From NCBI GenBank assembly GCA_905178155.1, contig CAJINV010000010.1, positions 521,851 to 585,850 of the forward strand: a stretch of 64,000 nt of DNA. The letters run 5' to 3'. Each line of letters opens with the position of its first letter. Positions within the stretch are counted from its first letter, which is position 1. The notes under the pieces are model-generated. The model made no database searches, was not told the origin of the DNA, and saw only the letters and a program-made list of their open reading frames with translations. The translations under genes were made by a program, and so were the position numbers. Below are positions 39,901 through 50,113 of this stretch, one piece after another. Origin of the DNA: Amoebophrya sp. A120 (lineage: Eukaryota > Protista > Dinoflagellata).

Positions 39901-40238
39901 GTTGTTGTGCTATTAGCAAGAATAAAACCAGTTGCACTGAGGCCATGCTGGCTCGCGCTCGAGTGGTCGCCTTGCTGTTCCGCGTTGCCGTAGTGGTTGA
40001 CAGGGTCACTGCCAATGCCGCCGGCGAACGTCGAGCTGAGTCCGGCGCTAGAGGATGTTGACGATGACGCTGGCCCACTCGCTTGTATTGTTCCTGCTGA
40101 CCAGGCGCTCGCCTCGTCTACGGGTTGTTCACCAGCTGCTGCCCCGAGAAGGTCTAAATCCAAATTTTCAAACGGGTCTGGACAAGCACCCAGGGAGAAG
40201 TCAGGTTCGTCGCCGGCCGCTCCGTCTTCAGGGGCCAT
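33927..40238 (-). CDS. Multi-pass membrane protein of unknown function with 13 introners
   Basis: Low-complexity N-terminus from 40238; several hydrophobic segments (IAFVYCFFQVFALLA, FFTILLFFATQMLSLFLIL, KFLLQDLPLQLCAAVYL); ends LALPFCCCEEDEDF. Not every junction was checked. Confidence 0.65.
34001..34281. mobile_element. Introner family G (281 bp)
   Basis: TIR TATTACAATGAAAAATGCC; TSD GCGGA/GCTGA. Confidence 0.88.
34384..34650. mobile_element. Introner family A
   Basis: TSD GAAAA. Confidence 0.92.
34691..34840. mobile_element. Introner family E (150 bp)
   Basis: Left end AATG; TSD CGAAA. Confidence 0.92.
34929..35181. mobile_element. Introner family A
   Basis: TSD TCACA/TCACG. Confidence 0.93.
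35311..35566. mobile_element. Introner family A
   Basis: TSD GTAGC. Confidence 0.92.
35616..35919. mobile_element. Introner family H (304 bp)
   Basis: TIR TATCAAAAGGAAAAATCCCTCCCCCCCATAT; TSD ACATC. Confidence 0.92.
36120..36389. mobile_element. Introner family C
   Basis: TSD AGATG. Confidence 0.92.
36990..37190. mobile_element. Introner family B (201 bp)
   Basis: TSD CGCAT. Confidence 0.93.
37245..37518. mobile_element. Introner family A
   Basis: TSD GGGTG/GGATG. Confidence 0.9.
37578..37898. mobile_element. Introner family H (321 bp)
   Basis: TSD ATCTG/TTCTG; inverted close copy of 53188-53508. Confidence 0.9.
37955..38261. mobile_element. Introner family C
   Basis: TSD TGGAA/TGGCG. 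Confidence 0.85.
38308..38459. mobile_element. Introner family E
   Basis: TSD TTTTC. Confidence 0.9.
39002..39259. mobile_element. Introner family A
   Basis: TSD CGCTA/CGCTG. Confidence 0.93.
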
Positions 40239-41766
40239 CTTTGGATTGGATGCTTTTGTGTGTCCTTCCTTGTTCCTTGAAGGCCAGCGGGCCGTCGAGA
40301 AGGAGTGTTTTCATTAATCAGGGTAGTACAGGTGCGAAATTGTACGAAGAAGTATGAAAAAGACAACTTGAACGCAGCGTACGGTTGCACAGAAGCAGAA
40401 AAGCTACTATTCCAAAAAGTTCAAGCTGCATCACTGCAAAACTCTCTGTTCCTGCTCGTAGTACTGTCGCAGCCCGTCCGGAGAGTACTTTATCTCTATC
40501 ATGTGAAAACAAGTCCGCGCTAGGACACTAAACGCAAAACACGCTCTCCTTCTCTCCCTATTCACTTGCAGTCCGCCCGAGTTTTTACAGTCAGTGCGGG
40601 GGCTCGTCGTCGCACATTATATATTTCTCATCCCGTCGCCATCCTCATGCGGATTGACCTCGAACTCGCTCCATCACTGAGTTTCCATGAAAAGATAGCT
40701 TGCACGCTGCAAGAATGAACATTGCACCCCTTGCCAGAAAAAAGTCAACACAACTTGGTTGCCGGAGTTCCGGCGGTTTCTTCGTCCCTCAAAGAGGAGC
40801 GACATTTATATATTTTTTGGGTGGTTCTAGACCATTCTTTCATCTTGCTCTTTGATGGGCATCCCAACATGTCGAAATCTCGGAAAGGTTTTAATAGTGC
40901 CTCTGACTGTGCTGCAGAAGGCATCTTCATATTACTCGGACATGCTGAGAAGTAGAGGAAGACCCCATGCAAAGAAAGTAAGCAACCACATGAAAAAAAT
41001 TCTCTCGATGCAGCACGCTGCCTTGCACCAGTGAAGAATGCGTAGCAGACAACACTGCATTGTGTCGCCCGTGTTACTGCCTCTTGTCTATAGTCGCGTA
41101 GCTAGTCCACAAACGGAGTTCAGTCTAGTGGTGCTTCGCCACTAAAAAAGAGGAGCGACACAGTGCACCTATCAAGAGAAGCACATGGCACATGAGGAGA
41201 ATGGTAAAACCTAAAAACCGTCAGGCCCAGGGATACTCGGCCTCGGCGTGCACCAAAGTTTTTCGAACCCTCGATCGTCGTCCTCGTCCCTAAATAGTTA
41301 TGAGTAAAAATATAGTAAAGAGACCGAGAACCGTTCCGCGCTATGGATAACATGTCTCGGTCAGTAAATCCGTCTCCATCTGGATTTGCCATGCCGCGGC
41401 AAAAAAAGTGCAGGGTCAGGGCTTTAGCTTTACGTCTTCGTAAAAGAAAAAGTAGTACGTAGAGTACGGCTCACAGGGAATCTTAATCTTTGTCTTTCTT
41501 CGTACTAGGGTGTACATACTTATTTATAAAGTTGTAGTTCGAAATCATGTTGTATCGTATTCTTTCCGCCGTGCACGTCACGGCCTCAAGATTGGATAGA
41601 AGGTGCCATTGTATCTCATCAATGACTCCGAAAAGATTACTTTTCGGACTGCGTAACAAAGAGGATCTACTCCCAAACAAGTGAGTTAGTACGCACTTGC
41701 TCTACAGTAGGTGACAACTAAGTATTTACTTGCAGGCCCTTATCAAGCCTACTCAACTGCAGACCA

Positions 41767-42758
41767 TTAGTGGCGGCCATGGACTCCCAGAAGAGGGTCA
41801 GTGGCTGCCCGCGTTCCAGCAACTAGGTTTCCGAACCCGGCTGCCGCCCTTTGGGGCAACGTGCTCAAAGACCAGTTGGATGAAGCTCTTGGTGAAGATC
41901 CTCGTAGCAGCTGACCTTGTTGCGCGGCTCTCACCCGCGCCTCCAGCCCGGCCACAACCGCCGCATTTTCCGCGGCCTGCATCCGTCTCGTGTGCTCGGC
42001 GTCAACCGCTTCTATCTCTGCCTGCAGTTGCTGCTTCTCCCGACAGAGACAAGTCGCCCGTGCGCCACAACCGGCAACCGATGCAACGCAACCCGCCCCG
42101 ACCACTGCCCCCGGGACGTGGGGGATCAGCACGCCGGCCGCCCCGATACTACCACCGACAATGCAGCAACCGAGTGGCAACTTCGAACACAAACGTCCCT
42201 CTGCATCCAACTTGTCATCGACCAGCTTTTCCCGTTTCTTCCTGAGGTCTTCATGCATGGGGCCACCAGACATCTGCATCTGGCGTGGAGCACCTGACAA
42301 GGACGTCGAACGACCACGTCGAACCGGTCGACATGGACAGCAGCACCGGCAGGCACCACGTGAGGAAGCCCGGGAACGATCTTCACGCACGACGGGTTGT
42401 GCAGACGACGCGGGTTGTGCCTGGGGAACCGAGCGAGCACTCCTGAACAGGCCGCGCCGCAGCGGTTCGCAACAGGAGCAGCGGTGGGTTGCTCCGTCCT
42501 GAACAGGAGCAGCAGGAGTACCAATTTGCGGTCCACTCGCAGAACTAACTTGTTCGCTTAGTTGTTCACCCCCCCGAGTTCATCTCCCTCCGCGTCGTGG
42601 TAGTCCAGTTCTTCGTCTCGCAAGAATGGGGCCATTCCAGCACCCGTATCTGCTGGAGCATGAAGAGCGACGGCACCGTCCAGGTTGCACTGGAACAGAA
42701 GAAAACGGAGCGCAAAGGCAGCTCCAACAACGGGAAAAGCATTCGAAAAGACCTTCAT
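41767..42758 (-). CDS. Hypothetical secreted or membrane protein
   Basis: Signal-like MKVFSNAFPVVGAAFALRFLLF at 42758; 207-aa ORF with a Gly/Cys-rich hydrophobic stretch followed by a coiled coil; junction near 42550 unresolved. Confidence 0.45.
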
Positions 42759-43638
42759 TTTTTTTTTTCCAAAGAAAAAACCGGCAGAAAATAAAATCAA
42801 TATGATGAAGATCAAGTCGATTGTTCGTATATATAAATATATAGTCGGTAGACAGGATAGAGGTGGTGAAGGAGTCAGTGGTCTTGAGGAAGAAAAGAAA
42901 AAGTAGTTGCGATTGCTGTTACTGTTTCCACTATAGAAGGTACTTAATTATGTGTTTTCGCCTGCTTTCTTCAAGAAAGGGATTTGAAGGTGAAGAGTGT
43001 AGTAAAGGAGCAAAGGCGCAATAAATCCTGCGAAGCTGATGTGTGTTGAAGAGTATCAAGTACTAGTTGTAGGGGCGTCTAGATAAATACTAGTAGTTGT
43101 AGGGGCGGTTGGTGTATTTCGTGAGAAGCGAGGCACCTGCAGTTGCAAGTAAGACAATATGAGAATCAAACTCTGAGCTCGATGCAAGTAGTTGCAACGT
43201 CGACATAATTTCATCTTGGTCCAGCAGATTTTTCACCAATCACCGAAAAAAGCAAGCTCAAAACTGGAACTGCACAATTTAGATGTAGAAATGTTCCCGA
43301 TTATTTCTGATCATGATCAATTTACGTGGCGAAATTTCAATTTCTCGGATCATGATCTTGTTCCACCGATGAATCTATTGTTTCGTTTTCTCTGGGCACG
43401 AAACGTAGACGCTCGTGGGCGCCGACGGATTATGTTTTGATGCTTCTTGTTGCATACTTCTGTCCGTAGAACAGGATGGCCTGCGGGCTGCATCTACTTC
43501 ATCTACACAACTTAGCGAGTGCTAGATTGTAGTTTGAAAAAAAGCTGACATGGATGCTGAGGTACATCAAAAATGTCTGACCTACCGCCGGGCGTCGGCG
43601 TCCATTGAATTGATACCAAACATGCTGCTTACTTAGAC

Positions 43639-46600
43639 TCAGAACCTTTGAAAAGCCAGCCGCTGTCTATTTTTACCTCGATGCTTGCCGTTCTCCAAAT
43701 CAGAGTCTTCCTGCTCGTATCATGATGAAAAGCGCCCCCACTCCGGAAGTTGTAAAAATGTTTGCCGCATAAGGTTTTCAAATGAAGAACTTTATATGTA
43801 TGCATGAAAGGACTACGTGTCTCCCTGATGCAATAGAATCTAGTCGTAGGCGCGCAAGGCACAAATGCCATTTGTAAGTAGTTGCATAACAGGTCCTGGC
43901 TGTTGTTGGACTCCTTAGCAGCGCAAATTTTAGCTACTCAGAGTCGGCAAATTGTCGTGCTGACACATGATGCAAGACCGGGAGTAATAATTCCATTGGG
44001 AAGGTTTGCAGTACAAATTCTACCAAGTTCTGGGGCGGGGGCGTTTTGCATTGTAATAGCTCGTCTGAATTATTTGCCTCGTCGTCGGAACTGACCGTGC
44101 CCTCGCCAAACGCGCATCCCAGACAAAAATAAATACTGTAGTCATTTACAATTACAATAAAGTGCTCGTATTCAATACGGCTGTAGTTTGTTGACAGTAT
44201 CTTCAGGTGTCTCATACCAACCACTCGAGAAGATTCTTTCGTGACGAGACCGAGAGTAAATACGTCTTATTTGTTGCCGTACTTACTCAGCCTCGTCTGC
44301 GCGACATCACAAAACTCCCGGTAGTTCTTCAGCTTGTCATGAACATTAGTATTGCAAATGAATTCAGAGTTTCAATTTTTTTCGAGGATAAAGCGTCGCG
44401 GGTCTTCAAAAGTTTCTCCAGCTTGCGCTCCGTAAGCGAGTCGTCGCAAATAATACCCCGCGAGATTCTGCAAATCACCTCGCCGTGGCGCAAAAGCATA
44501 TGCACACGCAAACATGTAGTCTGTGTCTGGGTACTCTGGAACAAGCTTGCATGCTTGATGCTTGAGATCACGACACAAAAGTATCTGTCTTACGTGAAGC
44601 AGCTGAAGTAAGAGCGAGATCTGTTGAAGTAGACGTAGAGACCACATACTTGCAACGCATAGAGGAACAGGATCGGCAGCCCCCCGTCCGGCACATCCAA
44701 CAGCTGCAGCATAAAGTGTATGAACTGCAAACGCATCGCACTAGTATAAATTGCATTACAAATTAGCCGAGCGCTACAAATTGAATTTGTAATGCTGATG
44801 TACCTTGACAACGAGATTTGTAATGCATAAACGCAATTACTACGAGTGCGATACTTTTGCAGTTCATAAAGTGAGCCTTTTGCTCTTCCAACTGAAACAC
44901 CTGCGTCTCCAGGTGCTTCTTCGTCTCAAATGTAAAAATGTCTGGGTCTGGAAGAGTGCATGTTTGTCATGCTTGTCTGGCATGACTTTCAAATCTGTCA
45001 TGCACGTTACCCAAGAGCGCCACTTTGCTGTCATGCAGAAACGCAGTCTGTCATGCAGAATAGGCAACACCTAGAAGCTCCGAAACTTGTCATGCTGAGC
45101 CAGCACTTGTGGCCTCCTCATGATACGCCACCCAGCATCAGAAGTTTCCAGACCCAGACATTTTTGCATTTGATACTTCGCGAGCGAGGCCAAAATGTCC
45201 CGGATTTTCGCGTTTATCGCAAGAAAAAAGTGTTACAGTTACACATTGTGTTGCAAGACCGGAAACAGAGACAACCTTTCTCATGCAGGCAATGCTTAGG
45301 AGCCTCGTTTCCCTCCTGTTTTCCCTTATGATCTTCGCATTACAAGTTTTCTCGGCCACACTGAGAAAATTTGTGATGCAGAAACTCCAGCAAATGTGTA
45401 ACTGTAACACTTTTTTCTCGTGATAGCGGTGTTCCGAACCCCGCTATTGCTGTAAAGCAGAACCACGGACCGCTCGTGCGGTTTCACCTGTGTTGAACGT
45501 GCAGGTTTAAGTTTAACCGCGTCCCCTCTCTTGCTTGGTGGTCTGCAGGACATAAACTGCTACTCTGCTTTCTTGTCGATACAGTTGTATTGAGGTTATC
45601 AGCCATGCGCAACAACGAGGAAAAATGTAACCAAGTAAAATGAAACCTGTTGGAAAAACTCCCTTTCGCTGGCGATGTCGCGCAGCACTCCGTGCCCCTG
45701 GGATTTCCAGTATCCTGTGTGAAAACGTCCCTACCTCCCCATAGTTGTCATGCAGGTTTGCATCTACAGAAAGAGAAACACCTGTAATGCACATGCGCAT
45801 GAGAGAAGTGTGTAGTTGTGTTGTTCTGGGAAGATTTGTAATGCTGTAAATGGGATAACTAGGCGTCTTTGTGGTGCGGCTTTCCTTCCAAACCAGCACT
45901 AGACTGCAGATGGAAACTAAACTTCACATGCGTGCCGAACCTCCAAAACTTGGAGATTTGTGTTGCAGGTTTACCAACCTGACTATGGGGTGTTTATGTA
46001 CTGGAAAGACCAAATTAAAGCACAGAGAAACTTCAAATTTTCAGATGAAAAAGAGGGGAGAACGAACTACGACGAGAAGAGAAGCATAATCTATGTGGCC
46101 ACTGTGTATGTGAGGTATCTATTGCGATGCGCGTGCTGGCATGGGCTGGGGACTTCTGCCCTCAGGGTCCCGCAGGCTCTGGCTGGGCTGCAGTTCTGAC
46201 CTAGAACCTAGGCAGCCCAGAGCCTGTGGGTGCTCGCGTAAGTAGAATCAAGGTCATGCGAATAGCACACTGAGGGTGCCGGCTCACTACTATTCGCTGA
46301 AACTACTACCGTCCACAACCATCTGCCTTCGCGCAAACTAGAATTATTATATGTGTATTTTGACTTAATGGACTATTACTTAGTACTACTATATTGTATG
46401 GAAATGATAAAGAATAAAACTACTACCAAAAGCTCTCCAAGAGAGCGCAGCATAGTGCTGTATTTGTGTGTATTGACTATGGGGTGGGGACGTCGTTTTT
46501 GCTCAGGATATCCAGTGCTGCGTCATTTGCTGCTCCCGCCGAAGTTGCTCCTTCCGTTTCTCGCGCAACAGCGCTAGCTCGTCCATCTCGCAGCTCGTAG

Positions 46601-48735
46601 CGCTCGGGTTGTTTCGATGCTGCTCCCCCTTTTCTACCAGCAGCGTGCTGGCATATGCAGAGTTCATATTCTTGTCGTTTTTCACGGTGCTGTCCTTGAG
46701 AAGAACGTATGCATATTGCAAATATGACGTCTGGGTCTACGGGAAAGAAGTTGAGCGGGTATCAATAAATCTTGAAAACAACTGAAAAAAAGTGTACCCT
46801 GCACAGCCACGCATGACGAGTTTTGCTGGAATGGCTGTGCGGTACCAGTTTGTTTAAGTGCAAATGGAAATAAAACGCGGGCCACCAAAAGCTACAATAT
46901 TCCAAGATTGCAAATATCTGCCACTTGCCACAAAAGAAAGACCCACACGCCATTAGAGTTCTTTCCAATACTATCCAACGAAAAAACTGTTTCACTGTGG
47001 TAATTTTGCAAGATCTGCAACACAAGTTTGTTACACATGACAAAGAAAACTTGGCATGCGTGCTTCCTAAGGGAAAACACAGCTAGAAATCCAATGTGTT
47101 GCATGTGTAGCAAGACAAACACATTTGCGTTCCGTTCTATGCATCACAAGTTTACAGAGAAACAGTTTTTTCTCGCGATAAATGCGTAGTATATCGTCCT
47201 TCGCCACATTCGCGGTCTCCCGCAGGTCCTCGCTATGAGAGTGCACAACCTCCCCGCCTCCCCCTCATTTGTATTGCATGGACAGCAATGCAAACACCCG
47301 CACATGTGGGGTCCGTACATGACAAGTTCGCGCGCGTAATGTAGTACTGTTGGGGCTCCTTCCGGAAAAATCTGTCATGCAAATAGTACCACAGGGCAGC
47401 GCTTGGATTTGGTATTTTGCATGACAAATGAGGGAGAGGGGGAGTTCTGCATTGTCATACTCGCACTGCGCCGCGTACTGGCGGGCCTTCAGCCTTTGGA
47501 ATATGGCGTTCTCAACTGTTATATTCTCAACTGTTACATGAATTTGTGATGCAAGAATGGCAAAAGTGATAGGAGAGATCTTGCGCGTCTTGCATGACAG
47601 ATTTGGCGCCGATTATCGGCCTGCTTGGCCCTCTGAGAATTTGTCATGCGAAGCAGCTTGATGGTGTAGATTCTGAAGGCAATTCTGCATGACAAATTCA
47701 TGTAACAGTTGAGAATGTAACGTCTGAGAACCCCATATGGAAGTCCTGCTCTTTCGAAAACGACCCGTCCCGCTATGCAATACAAATTTCCATTCCCGCA
47801 CATGTACAAAATGCATGAAAAATTTCGCTAATTTACTTAGAGTGTCAATAAAAATGTCATGCTGGTTAAGATTGAACTCTTGCAGGGAAGTTGTGTCATG
47901 CAGAAACAGCATTTTCGCTCGTCGTGTGGGAGAAATTTCTTGTGGATACCCGCCCCGTCAAGCACATGAAGCCCCGCTGTCCGGTCTGGCTCGGGTCGCC
48001 CAGATTCTTCAGCCGTTGCTCCGCGTCGACCTTATTGGCTTTACTCACCAGGTCTTCAAATTTGCCGGATCGCTATGGAATGGAAATTATCTGTCTGGGT
48101 CCTCTGGAAGAATGCAAGCTTATTTTTTTCATGCTTGTCATTTCACCTGGCTGCTAAATCTGTAATGCAGGAGCAGGAGTAGAAAAGCCTCGCGCCTGTC
48201 ATGAAAAAATGCAGTTTGTCATGCGGAAAGCGAAACACATATAGAAGGAGCTCAAAATAAACTTGTCATGCGCGGCTGTGTATTGCAGTTTCTTCCCACA
48301 ATTCAGAAGCTAGCATCACAAGTTTCCAGACATCCAGACACACTTGCATTTGGTAGCCGCAGGTGGTCTGCGATTTCCAACTCCTTCTCCGTGATCTCGA
48401 GCTGCAAATCTGTCTGGATGTCTGGAAGAGTGGAACCTGTATTGCTCGGCCTGCATATCTGTAAAGTCTGTGTTGCGTGACTGAGAACAGAAGCGCGGCT
48501 TCTTTCGTCAAGCAATATTATGCAGTTTCTAATGCGCGCTACGCATGAGAAGGAGTAGCTTGTCATGCTTGGCTGCGCTCGAGAAAATGCTCGGCAATGA
48601 CAATTCAGCGCCACAAGTTTCCAGACCCAGACATATTTGCAATGCATACGTGATCTCGGGCTGCAATTCATGCGGCTGCAGGCGATCGTCACGCAAGCAG
48701 CCCGTGAAGTCGGCCGATGAAGTCTGTTGGGGCAT
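43639..48735 (-). CDS. Phosducin-like / thioredoxin-domain protein (TXNDC9/PhLP3-like) with an N-terminal extension
   Basis: DELALLREKRKEQLRREQQMTQHW|KSQGHGVLRDIASEREFF..ERSVVLLY..IRDILASLAK|KHLETQVFQLEEQKAH|FML..LPILFL. The 5' part from 48735 is joined by inference. Confidence 0.7.
43718..44058. mobile_element. Introner family G (341 bp)
   Basis: TSD GCTCG. Confidence 0.88.
44719..44868. mobile_element. Introner family E (150 bp)
   Basis: TSD AAGTG. Confidence 0.93.
44924..45175. mobile_element. Introner family A (252 bp)
   Basis: Left end TCTC; TSD CTTCG. Confidence 0.93.
45215..45425. mobile_element. Introner family B (211 bp)
   Basis: TSD GCGTT/GCGGT. Confidence 0.92.
45711..46510. 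mobile_element. Introner family C enlarged to 800 bp by a nested insert
   Basis: TSD TCCAG; 13-bp duplication TGACTATGGGGTG flanks 45993-46473. Confidence 0.88.
46972..47180. mobile_element. Introner, B2 variant (209 bp)
   Basis: TIR TATC...GAAAAAACTGTTTC; TSD AATAC/AATGC. Confidence 0.88.
47234..47459. mobile_element. Introner family I (226 bp)
   Basis: TIR TATGAGAGTGCACAACCTCCCC; TSD CTCGC. Confidence 0.9.
47502..47737. mobile_element. Introner family D (236 bp)
   Basis: TSD TGGAA; inverted relative to 9172-9407. Confidence 0.95.
47774..47948. mobile_element. Introner family J (175 bp)
   Basis: TIR TATGCAATACAAATTTCCCA; TSD CCCGC. Confidence 0.85.
48074..48355. mobile_element. Introner family A, diverged
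   Basis: TSD ATCGC/GCCGC. Confidence 0.85.
48395..48648. mobile_element. Introner family A
   Basis: Left end TCTC; TSD CGTGA. Confidence 0.88.
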
Positions 48736-49690
48736 GTTGTGATTTATTTCTTAACTCAAAACAATGTTTCAGGTGTATCAAAGCAGAGAAATAAACACAG
48801 CGCAGCTCGATTTTTCACCTCGTCTTGATGCCCCCTCGACGTCTACTTCTAGTACGGGGTAGGTGGCTCATTTCGGTAATTTTTACGTATGTTACATGGA
48901 GAAAAAAGTTGCACAGTTGCACAGTGTCGGAGTCGAGAAAGACGTTGCAAACACACCGGAGCTTCGTGTTCCTTCTTATTCCTTCTACCAAAAAAAAACG
49001 GTGCGACAAGAGGCCAAATGTCGCCTGAAGCCTAAGGGCATTTAGATCTTGCTACTCCGGCTGTGTAAAAAAGCGAGCGGCAAATAATGGATGAAGAACA
49101 GTGTCGGCAGATGAAATTAATTCTGTCCATCACCGTATCAGCGATGCAACTGATACGCGGAGATAATTGGCGCATGAAAAATCACGACACCAGACACAAG
49201 ATGCTCCATGCTGTTCTTCCCTCGCTTTATTTACTCAAATGATTTTTTTATCCCCGGCGCAAGAAGAAGGTTTTTCTACTTGCCAAGAATTTTGCTATAC
49301 TTGTTCCAACATGATACTTGAAATGTGATGATCAACATCCGGCTCTTGTATCACGACCAACTGTGCCGTGTGCCGTGTGCTACTAGCAAATCCTTTTTTC
49401 GGATTCAAATTGAAATTGATTGCTATCGGTGTCATGGAAATAAAAAACTATATCTTGTTGTCCTGTCGCTAGTGCAACTACAAGTGCAACAAGCGGTGAT
49501 TTTTACTACAAGTTATCTTGCTCTTCCTTGTTTCTGAATCGTGATTTAACTCTCTTCGCCGTGACCTGAGTGAGGATATCGACGAGCCACTCTATTTTGA
49601 AAACAAAAACATTGAGATGAAGCGCTTGACTTTGTAAACAGTATTAAATCCATTCGAAAAAATCATCTGCAGCACAGAGGTGCTCATCAT

Positions 49691-49899
49691 TATCGCAAGA
49701 AAAAACTGCTTCACTGTAAACTTGTGATGCATAAAATGGAACACAGAAGTGTTTGTCTTGCTGCATATGCAAGAAAGAGGATTTTTAGCTGTGTTTTCCC
49801 TTGGGAAGCTTGCATGGCAAATTTTCTCTGTCATGTAAAACGAACTTGTTATGCAAAACTTGCAAAATCCTTACAGTGAAACAGTTTTTTCGTGGGACA
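49691..49899. mobile_element. Introner, B2 variant outside any CDS (209 bp)
   Basis: TSD ATCAT/ATCAC; right end GACA. Confidence 0.85.
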
Positions 49900-50113
49900 A
49901 TCACTCCTCTGTCTCTACTGCTGGGGGTGTTAAGAAATCAAAATTTTGTTGTCTGAAGTAGTAGACGGCTCTACTCGTCTACTCAAGTACATAGGAGAAG
50001 ACACCGCGATGCATCTTATGGTTTCTGTTTTCTGTGACAAAAAAGTGTGCAAAAGCTTTCAGAATAGCAAAGCCCGCGTGAGAAATAAGTATTCTTGGGA
50101 GAACTACAAAGCC

